Notes under the pieces: generated by a model
Told to the model about the DNA's origin: nothing
Databases searched by the model: none
What the model saw: the letters and a program-made list of their open reading frames with translations, nothing else
Made by a program: the position numbers and the translations under genes
Assembly: GCF_004010195.1 (NCBI RefSeq)
Contig: NC_057718.1
Span: forward strand, 5,657,807 to 5,721,806
Length of the DNA: 64,000 bases
Source of the DNA: Chiloscyllium plagiosum
Lineage: Eukaryota
Direction of reading: 5' to 3'
In this document: positions 23,911-36,964 of the stretch, piece after piece
Layout of the letters: each line of letters opens with the position of its first letter
Numbering within the stretch: position 1 is the first letter of the stretch

Positions 23911-25709
23911 ATGTTAAATATATCACCAATAATTAATCAATTTGCCTCTTGATCTTTCATTTCCTTGAATCTATGTACTTTGTAATCCTCAGGTAGTTAA
24001 TTCTAAGTTTTGGAAGATTGTAATGTACCTCCAATTTCCTTTCCTCACTTGCCAAGACCTGGGAATTTGTTTAGCTAAAATTCCATACCTTTGTTATGAT
24101 TGAAGTGTTGATCATGAAATGGTGAAGCAGACTCAATGGGCTGAATGGCCTGCTTCTATTTGTATATTCCTAAACATTTTCTCATTAGTTTTTTTCCTGG
24201 CATGTGGGCATTGCTGGTGAAGTCAGTATTTTTTGCCCTGTCTTTGGGAATGACAGCACTATTGAATAGTTCACAAATGATTATATATGTATTGCTTTCC
24301 AGAACTGCTTACTCTGTTCTCAAGCAGTCGGGAACTGGGTGCAAATGTTTGTTTTGTAACCATCTGCAGAGTTGCCAGCGGGGGGAGTCGGTGAAAGGGC
24401 TGTCACCCCACACTCGAGAATGTTCAGCTTAGGCTTTGCTCTTCATAAACCATTCCCTCACCTTAGTCCCCAAGCCTCACAATCCCGTCCTCCCCGAAAA
24501 CCCTCTGCTGCAGCATTTGGATTTGCAATCACTCCCCCCCCCCCCCCCACCCCCAACCTCGAACATGCTACTTCTACTGAGAGACAAGAGCTCACTGTCC
24601 TGGATTCACACCCTTTCCTGGCAGAGAGGAGCAGGCTGTGGCCACTTGCACTCGCACTCTCTCCATGGCATTGATTACTTTTATATGACCTATTTCAGCA
24701 GAAAATCTTGAGTTAAGGACGGAACTCCTGATATTAACAGCCAACAGTTAAATGGGAAAACCTCCTTCAATATAATTACTTTCACTTTAAGTAGTGTCTT
24801 CCAGGAAGTAAAACAGAGAAACATTTTACGAGGAGCATGAGTACGCCATTCGGCCCTTCAGATTTGCTCTGCCATTCGATACAATCATAGCTGATCATCC
24901 AAGTCAGTCCCCTGTTCTTGTTTTCTCCCATACCCTTTGATCTTTTCAGCCCTCAGAACTATATCTGTCTCCTAGTACTGAGAATGGGATAATCCTGTAT
25001 CTTAAATCTGTGTTCTCAGCTTACTGACCTTCCTGCCAATGAAAACTTTCTACTTCTCTCCTGCAATGAAACCCTTCCCCATTTGGAATATCCTGATCAA
25101 ATTCCCACCTACCCTAACTACAACAACTTCAGATCATGATGTCTGTCTTTGTCCTATACTACACTTCATTTTATTTTCTTTATCTTTTTCTTGTCTTAGT
25201 CATCCTTTTTCTGGATTGCTCTTGTGCCTTTCCTTCCTACCGCGTTGCAGTCAGAAGGTCACTATGCAACCATTCACTCATCATTTTAAGGTGAGCGGGG
25301 AAAGGTATAAGAAAGACCTGAGGGCAACTCCTTCACGTATATATGGACTGGGCTGCTAGAGAAAGTGGTTGAGGCATTGAGGCAGGTATGATAGCAACAT
25401 GTAAAAAAAATTTGGGTAAGTACATGAATGGGAAAGATTTAGAGGGATAAAGACCAAATGTGGGCAATTGGAACTAGCTGAGTGGGCACCATGGTTAGCA
25501 TGGATCAGTTTGGGCTGAAGGGCCTGTTTCCATGCTGTGTTACTCTCTGACTCTATTTGGGTCCAGCATTTTTTCTGTACTTATTTTCATTCTGTTTGGC
25601 TTCTGTTTAATCTCTCCTGGCTGATTATCCTCAGACTCTGATGAAAAGCCGTCAACCTGAAATATTAAGCCTGTTTCTCCATTCACAGATGGTACCAAAC
25701 CTTTTATTT

Positions 25710-27890
25710 GTTCTTGTTTGTTAATGGGATTTGGGTGTTGCTGACTAAACTAGTGTTCATTTCCCATTCTATTGCTTGGAGAAGGTGGTGGTGAGCTGCT
25801 TTCTTGAATCGCTGCAGTTCATTGGTGTAGGTACAGCTACAGTGCTGTTAGGAAGGAAGATCCAGGAATTTGACCCAGTGACAGTTGAACGAACAAAAAT
25901 ATAGTTCTAAGTCAGGATGGTGTGTTGCCTGGAGAGGACATTAGAGGTGCTGATGCTTCCATATAGGTGTCCCCGTGCTGTTCTAGGTGGTAGAGGTCTT
26001 GAGTTTATCAGTGGAACCTTGGTGAGTTACTGTAGTGCATCTTGTAGGTGTCACACTCAGCTGCTACTATGCATCAATGGTGGAGGATGTAAATGTTGAA
26101 GAATGTGGAAGAGGTACCAGTCAAGTCGGCTGCTTTGACCTGAATGGTGTCAAGCTCCTTGCATGTTGTTGGAACTGTGCTCATCCAGGCAAGTGGGTAA
26201 TATTTCATCAACCCCCCTGACTTATGCCTTGTAGATGATGGCCAGGCTTTGGGACTCTGGGGATGAATTATTCACTGCAGTATTCCTAGTCCCTAACCTG
26301 GTCTTGTAGCCACATTATTTGGATTTTTTTTCTTTACTCATGGGACATGGGGGCCAATGGCTGGACCAGCACTTGTTGCCCATATCTAATTGCCCTTAAA
26401 GAGGTGCTGGTGAGTTGCATTCTGGAACTGCCGTAGCCCACAATGCCCTTAGGGAGAGAATTCCAGGATTTTGACCTAGTGACAGTGAAGGAACGGCGAT
26501 ATATTTCCAAGTCAGGATGGTGAGTGACTTGGAGGGGATCTTGCAGGTGGTGGTGTTCCCAAGTATCTGCTACCCTTGACCTTCCAGATGGAAGTGGTTG
26601 TGAATTTGGAAGGTGGTGTCTGAGGATCTTTGGTGAATTTCTGCAGTGCATCTTATAGATAGTACACACTGTTGCTACTGAGCATTGGTGATGGAGGGAG
26701 TAGATGTGGTGCCAATCAAGAGCACTGCTTTGTTCTGGATGGTGTCAGACGTCTTGAATGTTGTTGGAGCTGCAGCCATCCAGACAAGTGGGGAGTATTC
26801 CCTCACACTCCTGAATTGCACTTTGTAGATGGTGGATGGACTTTGACAAATGCTTAGATGAGTTACTTACTGCAGTATTCCTAAACTCTGACCTATTCTT
26901 GTAGCCACTGTGTTTATGTGGCAAGTCAAGTTGAGCTTCTGGTCAATGGTAACCCCAAGGATGTTGAGAGTGTGATTTTCGGTCATCACAGTGCCATTGA
27001 ATGCTATGGAGCAATGGTTAAATTCTCTCTTATTAGAGATGGTCACTGAACGATACGTGTCAGAAATGTTATTTTCCACTTCTCAGTATATTGTCAGGGT
27101 GTTAATTCATATGGGCGTGGACTGCTTCATTATCTGAGGAGTTGCAAATGGTGCTGAAGGTAGTTGGAAACCAGCCAGTACCCTGAGGAATTCCTGTAGA
27201 GCTGTTTGAAGCTGAGATAACTGACCTCCAAGAACCACAACCATCTTCCTGTATTCCAGGTATGCTCCAAAAAGAAGGGAGTTTTGCCCTGATTCCTATT
27301 GATTGTAGGTTTACTAAGTGACAAATAATATTCACACTACACAAGTGCCAGCCAAAGGCCATCTTCAACAGGACAGAATCTAAGCCTTGCACCTTGATGC
27401 TTATTGACTTTACTATTGCTGAATACATCACTATCATAACTGTACAGGTTCCTATTGACCAGCACTAGCCATATAAATATTATGATTGCAAGACCAGGTC
27501 GGAAGCTGGGATTCTGCAGTGAATAACGCATCTCTTGATTTCTCAACTAATGTCCACCATCTACAAGGCACAACTAAGTACTGCGATGGAATATTCCCCA
27601 CTTTCCTGAATGAGTGTAGCTCTAGATGGACAAGGGCAGAAGATACATGGGAACACCACCACCTGCAAGTTCCCCTTCAAGCCACTCACTTGTAAACGTA
27701 TTGCTGCTCATTCAGTGTTACTGGGTTAAAATCCTGGAATTCCTTTCCAAACATCACTATGCGTGTATTGCATCATTTGGACTACAACGGTTCAAGAAGG
27801 CAGCTGATCACCACCTTTTCCATGGCACTTAGGAATAGATAATAAATGTTGGCTTCGCCAGTTACACCCACATCCCATGAATATATATAA
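25710..27890. mobile_element. Cluster of CR1-group LINE 3' fragments: two on - (25710-26320, 26335-27150) and one on + (27200-27890)
   Basis: LNILGVTIDQKLNLTCHINTVATRIGQSLGIL and TIYKMHCRNSPKILRHHLPN; shared tail ttcaagaaggcagctcaccaccac. Confidence 0.7.
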
Positions 27891-27944
27891 AAAAAGAGAA
27901 AAAGAGCTTGTCCACATCCCCCTCACCCTAAAAATATCCTAGGA

Positions 27945-28250
27945 TCTCTACAGTGTGGAAGTAGGCCATTCAGTCTGCTGAGTTCACACTGCCCCTCTGA
28001 AGAGCATCCCACCCAGACCTAACCCCACATTTCCATTGGTTAATCCACCTGGCCTATACACCCCTGGACACCATGGACAATTTAATATGTCCAATCCACC
28101 CAACGTGCACATCTTTGGACTGTGAGAAACCGGAGAGGAGCACCCAGAGGAAACCCACGCAGACACAGGGAGAATGTGCAAACTCCACACAGACAGTCAT
28201 TCGAGGCTGGAATCAAACCCACGTCCCTGGAACTATGAATCAGCACTGTG
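27945..28250 (-). mobile_element. HE1/V-SINE-like SINE
   Basis: gaaacccacgcagacacagggagaatgtgcaaactccacacagacagtc is the reverse complement of the V-domain. Confidence 0.85.
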
Positions 28251-28689
28251 TTGCCCTTGTATCTTTATACCCTTGCAGCAAGTCTGTGCATTCTTTCCAA
28301 AATCTTCATCACTTCAAAATTGTGGCTCCAAAATTCTTGTTCAAAGTGCCACCTAGTGTCAAATGGATTTTCTGTGCCTGGTTTCTGAGATCAGGCTAAA
28401 GCTTGTTGGAAAAATGATCAGGTCAGTTTGAGGTTAAACTGTTATTTCCCTTCCCTTACTACCGTTTTGCAATGGAAAAGTTGGCTCTGAAATTTGAATG
28501 GGTAATGCTTGAGCCTGACAAACAAATTCACCAGAAATACTTAGCAGACAAAGTGTTGGTAATGAGTACAACACTTAGATGGAGAAACCTCTGAAAGCTT
28601 ACTTGCAATTCACCTCCTCTTGCTGTATCGTCCCATCTGTAATTCACTGATAGCTGCATGTCTTACACTCGGTAAATAAATAATTGTGA

Positions 28690-29150
28690 GTCTGTTGTGG
28701 CTCAGTTGGCAGTACACGCACCTCCAAGTTGTGACATTCCCAGTTCAGGTGCGACTCCAGCAATTCAACATCAAATCCGGGGCTGATACCTCTGTGTTGT
28801 AGTTAGAGAGAATGCAGAGTTACAGGTGCCCTTATTTTTTGAATGACACCACAACCGACACCTTGTCTACCTGCTTAGGTAGATGTAAATGATTCTGTGA
28901 CAGCATTTCAAACTAAACACAGTGGTGTTATCCCTGGTGTCCTGGGCCAATATTTCTCCCTGAATCAACATTGCAAAAACAGATTATATCGGATCATTAT
29001 CACATTGATGTTTGTGGGAATTAACTCAGTGTGAATCAGATCCTGGAATTCCTGCATAACAACACTTCAAAAAGTATTTATTTGGCTGTAAACTGATTTG
29101 ATAAGTTCAGTGGTCATGAAGAATGCTGTATAAATGCAAGTTTTTTTTTA
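28690..29150 (+). mobile_element. DeuSINE (SacSINE1/AmnSINE1-like) old SINE
   Basis: gtggctcagttgg head; Deu-like core ggtgtcctgggccaatatttctccctgaatcaacatt...cagattat..tcattatcacattgatgtttgtggga; tail attggctgtaaa...gctgtataaatgcaag. Partial copies at ~19310-19440, 29510-29760, 59640-59760 and 60680-60960. Confidence 0.7.
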
Positions 29151-29889
29151 AAGGAATGTATGTTTTCAAAGGAGCAGTCAGTGAATTTGCCACAAGGATC
29201 TTGCAATGTGCAGGGAGCCTTGGAATGTGTTGCCAAACATGTTTTGTTTTGAATGATGCAGCTGTTTATGTAAAAAAACAACACTTATTAGACGTGTCAA
29301 ACTGCACAGGGTTCCCCTCAGATCTATAGTTGTGGGCAGTGTTTTGAGTTTCAAACCAGGGAAAGTCATAGATCCCAGCATGAGAAGTATCTTCATTGTC
29401 GTGATGCTTTGGCACTGTTTGACCATGACTGAGCCAAGCCCCAGGCACACACACATACACCTACAGCTGGCAGTCAGTCAGTGGGCAGTGATGAAGAGAT
29501 TGCCCAACAACACTGAAGTAAGTCAAAAAGGACAACTTACATTTTCATAATGCCTTTCATGACCATGGGAGATCCCCAAGCACTAGAAGCCAATAGCATG
29601 TTTTTGAAGTGTTGTCACCAATGTAATGTAAGGAAATGTAGCCACTGCCCGAATATGCACACAGCAAGATCCCACAAACAGTAATGAGATAAACAATGGG
29701 AAATTGATTAATATTGATTGAGGAGAAACATTGGCCAGAGATAGCAGGGAGAACTCTCCTGTCCTTCAATGTAATATGAATGACAAATTAGCAGCAGAAG
29801 GCAGACACTTGGCCCCTTGAAGCCTGCTTCTTTGTGCCTTATACAATGTGGTAAAATATTGGGCACCCGCATGTAGAAATAGAACAGTT

Positions 29890-30580
29890 TTCTTTATTCA
29901 TTGGATGTGTGCATTGCTGGCTGGGCCATTACTTATTGCTCACCCCTAGATGCCCTTGAGAAGGTAGTGCCTTCTTAAACTGCTGCAGTCCATGTGCTGT
30001 AAGGTTAACCTTTTGAAAGGGAATTCCCAGATTTTGACCCAGTGACAGGGAGGGAACATTGATGTATTTCTGAGTCAGGATAGTTGGTGGATTGGAGGGA
30101 AACTTTCGGGTAGTGGTGTTCCCTTATATCTGCTGTCCTTGTCGTTCAAGAGGGAACTGGTTGTGGATTTGGAAGGTGCTATCTGAAGATCTTTGGTGAA
30201 TTTCTGTAGTGCATCTTGTAGATAGTGCATACTGCTGCTACTGAGTGGTGGAGAGAGTGGATGCTTGTGGATGTGATGCCAATCAAGTGACTGCTTTGTC
30301 CTGGATAGTGTCAGACTACTTGCATGTTGTTGGAGCTGCACCCATCCAAGCAAGTGGGCTCTATTCCATCTTGTGCCTTGAAGATGGTGGACAGGCTTTG
30401 GGAGTTAGGAGTTGAGTTACTTATTGCAGTATTTCAAGCCTCTCATCTGCTGTTTTAGCCACTGTCTTTATGTGGTGAGTCCAGTTTAGTTTCTGGTAAG
30501 TGATAACCATAGGACTTGATAGTGGGGATTCAGTGATGGTAACACGATTGAAGGTCAAGGGACGGTGTTTAAATAGTATA
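29890..30580 (-). mobile_element. CR1-group LINE 3' fragment
   Basis: Same family as 26335-27150. Confidence 0.7.
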
Positions 30581-30604
30581 TTCTTGCCTTATAGTTTTTT
30601 AACA

Positions 30605-32215
30605 TAATCAGTAAGGATAAGCGACAACACCTCCTCCGTGATAATCCTCAATACTGGTGCGTACTCAGTCCATTACTATAATCTATATACACCTATGACA
30701 GTATGGCCAAATTCAATTTTAATTCCATTTACAAATTTGCTGGTGATACCACCGTATTGGGTCTGATCTCAACAGGAAGTGAGTCACAGCCAGAGTGAGA
30801 GACAAGCAATCGTGGGCTGAGTCCCGGAAGCATGACGCAGGCTGGAGCGAGTAGGTCAGTCTGGGGGGTTGAGTCCTGGACAGAGGGCAGTACATGGAGG
30901 CAGTGAGGCCTCGTGTTCTGAAACTCAGTGTACCTGAATTCTGAAAAAAGGACCATAACTTGAGTTCTTTAAGGACATTTTTTTATTCTCACTTAAACTT
31001 TGTATGTAAACTCTGTATTCCCATGCTAGCTTTTCTTTTTACTTTTTCAATACTGTAATAACACTTAAAGTATCTGTACCTAGGTATCTTGTACTTGAGA
31101 TGGCGCCCGAGAGGCGATATTACCAACCTTTCAATACACTCATTCAACTGCATGTGACAATAAAGGCTATCTTATCCTATTCTATTCTATTCAATTCTAT
31201 AAATAATGATGAGACAAGTACAGGAAAGAGATAGACAGCTTAGTGGCATGATGCAAAGATAACAATATTTCCCTCAATGACAGCAAATGCAGGAGCTGGT
31301 CATCAACTTCAGGAAGCACGATGGAGGACATGTTCCCTGTCTGTATCAATGGTACTGAGGTGGAGGTGGTTGAGAGCTTCAAGTTCTTGTCACCAACAAT
31401 CTATCATCATCCATTCACGTTGATCCACGTCAAGAAAGCTGACCAATGCCTCTACTTCCCCAGAAGGCAAAGGAAATTCGGCAGGTCCAAAATGACTCTT
31501 ACCAATTTTTATAGATGCGTCATAGAAAACCATCCTATCCAGATGCATCACAGCTTGGAATGGCAACTGGTCTGTTCAAGACTGTAAGAAGTAACACAGA
31601 GTTGTGAACACAGCCCAGTCCAACACAAAAACCAGCCTTCCTTCCATTGCTACCGTCTACATTTCCCACTGCCTCGGGAAAGCAGCCAACATGACTAAAG
31701 ACCTCCTTCCACTCTGGTTATACTTCCTTCCGCCTTCTTCCATTGGGCAAAAGATGTAAAAGTTTGAAAACGTACCAACAGATTTAAGAACAGCTTCTTC
31801 CCGCTCATATCAGACTGATGAATGGACCTCTCATATATTAGATTGATCTTTCTCTGCACCTTCTCTGTAGCTGTAACACTATATACTGGATTCTGTTCTA
31901 TTACCCTAATATACTTATGTAAGGTATGATTTGTGGAGAGAAATCAGAGTTAACGTTTCCTGTCAAGTGACCCTTCCTCAGAGCTGGTGGTCTGATGAAT
32001 GGTCACGTGACCTGAAACATAAACTCTGATTTCTTTCCACCGGTGCTGCCAGACTTGTTGAGCTTTTCCAGCAGCATCTGTTTTTGCTTTTAATTTACAA
32101 CAGATGCAGTTTTCTTGGTTTTTTAATTAAGGTAAGTTTTGTCTGGTTAGAGTGCAATGTGGTACTTTTCACTGTATTTCGGTACATGTGACAATGATAA
32201 AATCAAATCAAAGAA
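30605..32215 (+). mobile_element. Rex1/Babar-type LINE 3' part, interrupted by insertions at ~30775-31200 and ~31935-32130
   Basis: VRISDNTSSVIILNTG, SIYKFAGDTTVLGLIS, NNDET, PVCINGTEVEVVESFKFL, LTNFYRCVIE; tail catgtgacaat...aaatcaaatcaaa. Confidence 0.75.
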
Positions 32216-32384
32216 AGAAAGTGGAGTTGGTGATAACAAAAGGGCTTGCCTTAATTATTCCTGCTTCCCTAGATGCAGAGGAAGGGGTGCCGGTAGATTA
32301 GAAAATAATAAATGTGATATCCTTATTCAAGAAAGTGTATAAAGACACTTCTGGGATTTCCAAGCTGGTCAGTTTAACATTAGC

Positions 32385-32576
32385 TGAAAATGTGTTGCTG
32401 GAAAAGCGCAGCAGGTCAGGCAGCATCCAAGGAAGAGGAGAATTGACGTTTCGGGCATAACCCCTTCTTCAACGTCGATTCTCCTGTTCCTTGGATACTG
32501 CCTGACCTGCTGCGCTTTTCCAGCAACACATTTTCAGCTCTGATCTCCAGCATCTGCAGTCCTCACTTTCTCCTCC
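32385..32576. mobile_element. Fold-back Penelope-derived short element
   Basis: Inverted arms 32382-32450 and 32471-32539; direct repeat cagtttaacattagc at 32370-32384 and 32577-32591. Confidence 0.85.
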
Positions 32577-32591
32577 CAGTTTAACATTAGC

Positions 32592-33430
32592 GGCCAGTAA
32601 GGTTGTGGAAACAATAATCAGGGAAAAAAACGTCACCAAGCTGTTGGGGAAGTTTTTGTTTAATTAAAGAGAATTAGCCTGTTGCAAAAAACAGATTGTG
32701 TTCAACTAATCTGATTGTATTATTTGATGAAGTAACAGAGGAAGCTGATAGAGGGAAAGATGTTGACAATGCATTGGATCTTAAGAAAACATTTGACAAG
32801 GTACCACATAAAAGGCTGGTTTATAAATTAGAGGCGCATGGAATGGGAGGGTTATTCTCAACTAGGATAAAAAAATTCATGTGGGGACAGAACACGTTGA
32901 GTCTGTGATTATTCATTACTTTATAGACTGGAAGATGGTAGACAGTGCTGTTCCCCAGTTGTTAGTGTTTATGGCCACTTTTTATCTGTTTATGTGCACA
33001 TATGAGTGATCCAGGTATTGGAACACAAAGTAAGATTTTAAAATATACCAATTATTACAACCTTGTGGGTGTGATAAACCGTGAGGATGATATCGATTAA
33101 CTGCAAATTGACATAGTCTTATAATGAATAAGCAGACAATCAGCAGATAGGATTTAATATGGAGAACTGTTAAGAGATACATTTTGACAAAAGTAATAGG
33201 TGGGGCAATATGGACTTTAGAGCAAGATTCTTAAAATCTGTACAGGAAGAGAGGAATCATATGCATAGATCTTAGAAGGACAATGTGTTCAAGACAACAT
33301 TGCACAATTATTTGGATACAAATAGTGTGCAAGGGTCTGAGGGAACAGCAGATTAGCATTAGGTAATGACACTTATTTGAAGGGCTGGTACATGGCATGA
33401 TGGACCAAATGGCTTCATTTTGTGCCATAA
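32592..33430 (+). mobile_element. Old CR1 RT fragment (begins ~32215, split by the fold-back element)
   Basis: CSTNLIVLFDEVT...LDLKKTFDKVPHKRLVYKL. Confidence 0.75.
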
Positions 33431-33469
33431 CCATTCTATGTTTCTGTGAGATCGCAGTTTCGTAGTTTC

Positions 33470-34610
33470 ATAATAAATGAAGCAGGAGTAGGCCATTTGG
33501 CCTGTTGAGCCTGCTCCGTCATTCATTAATATCATGGCTGATCTATCCATCGCCTCAGGTCCTCTTACTTGCAATATCCCTAATACCCTTAATTCACCTA
33601 ACCATGCAAAAACCCATCCAACTGTGTCTTGAATATATTTAATGAAGCTGCCTCTACTGTTTCCTTGGGCAGAGAATTCTATAGCTTTACTACTCTCTGT
33701 CCTAAATCTACTTCCCCTAATCTTGAGGCCATGTTCCCTAGTCCTAGTCTCACCTACCAGTGGAAACAACTTGCCTGCCTCTATCTAGTCTATCCCTTTC
33801 ATAATTTTCTATGTTTCTATAAGATCCCCTCTCATTCTCGTAAGTTCTAGCAAGTACAGTCCCAGGCAGCTCAACCTTTCCTCAGAGGATAAACCCCTTA
33901 TCTGTGGAATCAATCTGGTGAACCTCCTCTACACTGCCTCCAAAGCCAGTATATCCTTCCTCAAGGAGACCAGAACTACTCACAATACTCCAGGTGCAGC
34001 CTCACCAACACCTTGTACAATTGTTCTTAAATTCAATCCTCTAGCAATGAAAGCCAATACTCCGTTTGCCTTCCTGATTACCCGTTGCACCTGCGATTCA
34101 TGTACGAGCACTCCTAAGTCCCTCTGCACAACAGCATGCTGCAATCTTTCACCATTTAAATAATACTTTGACCTACAATTTTTACTTCCAAAGTGGATAA
34201 TCTCACATTTACCACATTGTACTCCATCTGCCAGACTTTTGCCCACTCATTTAACCTATCTAAATCTCTCTGTGGACCTTCCGCATCCTCTGCACAGTTT
34301 GCATTTCCACTCAATTTAGTGTCATCAGCAAACTTGCACATGCTACACTTGGTCTTCTCTTCCAAATCGTTTAAATGAACAGTTGCAGCCCAACACTGAA
34401 CACTGCGGTCCCTGCTCACCACTGATCTCCAACCAGAGAAACACCTATTTATCCCAATTCTCTGCTTTCTCTCAGTTAATCAGTCCATTATCCATACTAG
34501 TTCATTCTCCACAACCCCATGCATTCTTATTTTATGGATAAGCCTTTTATGCAGCACCATATCGAATGCCTTCTGGAAATCCAAATATACAACATCCACC
34601 TGTTCCCCTC
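33470..34610 (-). mobile_element. CR1 RT-to-3' fragment
   Basis: KFADDTKL, DLDRLNEWAKVWQMEYNV, KCEIIHFG, QRDLGVLVH. Confidence 0.9.
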
Positions 34611-35641
34611 CATCCAGTTAGCAGAGTACATGGGATCTCGGGCTTCAGAATGGTAAGGAGTACAAAAGCAGGAAATGCCTGTGAAGCTATAATTAGGCCA
34701 CAATTAGAGCACTGTACCCAATTAGTTCTGATCGACAAATGGTTGTAAAGATCTTTGAGACAGAGCAGAGAAGATATACTAAGGCCATTCCAGGGATGGG
34801 TTGGTTTAGCTGCAAGGTCAGGTTGGAGAGGCTGGAGACATTCTCCTTGGATCAAAGGAGATTGAGGGGAGAATTGATCGAGATTGTGACACGTTTGGAA
34901 AAGGGAGTCAAAGAAAAGCTAATGCGACAAAAATGATGGGACACAGATATGAGGTTTTGGCTAACTGATGCAGTGGGGTGCTGTGAGGAAATTTTTTTTT
35001 GCATTATATGGTAATAGCCTGGGACACACTGCTATAAGGATGTAGGGAATGGAGATGAATGATTAATGATTTCAAAAAGATATTAGATAAACATTTGAGG
35101 GAATTAACACTCAGGGGAATGGGGATAGAGCAGAGGAATGAGACTGACTGGATTGCTCAGAGAACCCAGATGAAGTCAGTGGGCAAATAGCCTCCTTCTA
35201 TGCAATCATGACCTTGGAAGAAGGCAAAGTCTGTACCTCATTTTGTAATGGTCCCGATTTGCTGGATTGTATGAGTCAGCAGTAAAATGGAAAATGGTCT
35301 CATATCTCAGGTGGTTGCTAGTTTAAGTCTTACACCAGATCAAGCAGGTATGCAATCACATTGAAATATACACACACAACAAACTAAGAAGTTAAAAGCT
35401 TTTAGTTTTCAGGTAGCAAATTAAATGATTATTGGATCAGGTAAGAAGGTAGAGTTAAAAAAACTTTTTCAAAATGTTAAATATATAATTTTTCTTATCA
35501 TGGGAAAATATAACATTTCACAAATATTATTTCATAGCCAATGAAAGCATCTAACAGTAATTATGAAGTTAACGTGGCCTTTAAAAACCCAGCTGCATCT
35601 CATTTAAAAAGGTGCACAGGTAGACAGGGTGGTTAAGAAGG

Positions 35642-35830
35642 AGAAAGTCAGGACTGCAGATGCTGGAGATCAGAGTTGAGAGTGTGGTGCTGGAAAAGCA
35701 CAGCAGGTCAGGCAGCATCCAAGGAGCAGGAGAGTCGACATTTCTGATGAAAGGCTTATGACCTAAATGTCGATTCTCCTGTTCCTCAGATGCTGCTGAC
35801 CTGCTGTGCTTTTCCAGCACCACACACTCG
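35642..35830. mobile_element. Fold-back Penelope-derived short element inserted in a CR1
   Basis: Inverted arms; direct repeat agggtggttaagaagg at 35626-35641 and 35831-35846. Confidence 0.85.
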
Positions 35831-36460
35831 AGGGTGGTTAAGAAGGCATTTAGCACCTTCATTGCCCAGACCTTTGAATATAGGAGTTGGGGCGTCATGT
35901 TGAGGTTGTACAGGTTGATAGTAAGGCCTCTTCCAGTTCTGGTCACCCAATTAAAAGAAGCATATTATTAAGCTGGAGAAGGTTCAGAAAAAGATTTCCA
36001 AGGATGTTGCCTAGATTGGAGCATTTGAATTATATAAATAGGCTAGACATGCTGGGACGTCTTTCACTGGATCATAGGAAGTTGAAGGTGACCTTATCAA
36101 GGTTTATAAAATCATGAGTAGCAAGGGTCTTTTCCCTCAGATGGAGGAGTTTAAAATCAGCGGGAATATTTTTAAGGTGAGAGGAGAAAGATTTGAAAAG
36201 GACACGAGGGACAACTTTTTTACACTGAGAGTGGCTTGTGTGTGGAATGAACTGCCAGTGGAAATGGTGGATATAAGTACAGTTATAACAGTTAAAAGAC
36301 AATAAGGACATGAATAGGATTTGGATAAGTACATGAATAGGAAAGGATTGGAGGGAATTGGGTCAAACATGGCAAATAGGACTAGTTTAGTTGGGAATAT
36401 GGTCAACATGGACTAGATGCACTGAAGGGTCTGTTTCCATGTTGTACGACTCTATGAATC
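35831..36460 (+). mobile_element. CR1 3' fragment
   Basis: FKVRGERFEKDTRDNFFTLRVACVWNELP plus tail. Confidence 0.85.
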
Positions 36461-36964
36461 TATCTAAAATATGACACCCAACAGTAGAGTTATCCCCCTC
36501 GTACAGCACAGGAGGATCAGCAGGGAATTTATGCTCAAATAAAAGCAAAATACTGCAGATGCTGGAAGTCTCAAACAAACATACAGAAACTCACCAACCT
36601 TCAGTTTTGAAGAAGAGTCATACTGGATTCTAAACGTTAGCTCTGTTTCTCTCTCCACAGATGCTGACAGACCTGCTCAGTTTCTCCAATAATTTCTGTG
36701 TCAGGTGTACTTTGTCCTCATCTGTCTAAAGTGAGACTTCACGGCTTGACCTCTGACTTGGAGAAGTGTTCTGCCAAGAATAGTGCTTTCACACATTCAT
36801 AGAGAGGAAATTACTCTCTGGTTCAAATCAGTCTGCCCTAAACAATTGTATTATCTAATGTACTGTAGTACATCGTCTCCTTGACCCCGCACCTGTCCTC
36901 TAGTTCCACCGAATCTCACTGCAATCACCTCCTAGCAAAAGTAAGAGAAAAGCCCATGCTTCTT

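Noticed and set aside
32385..32576. miRNA precursor or DNA-transposon MITE
   Set aside because: Arms match Penelope terminal repeats, are asymmetric, and have long variable TSDs; there is no evidence for miRNA processing.
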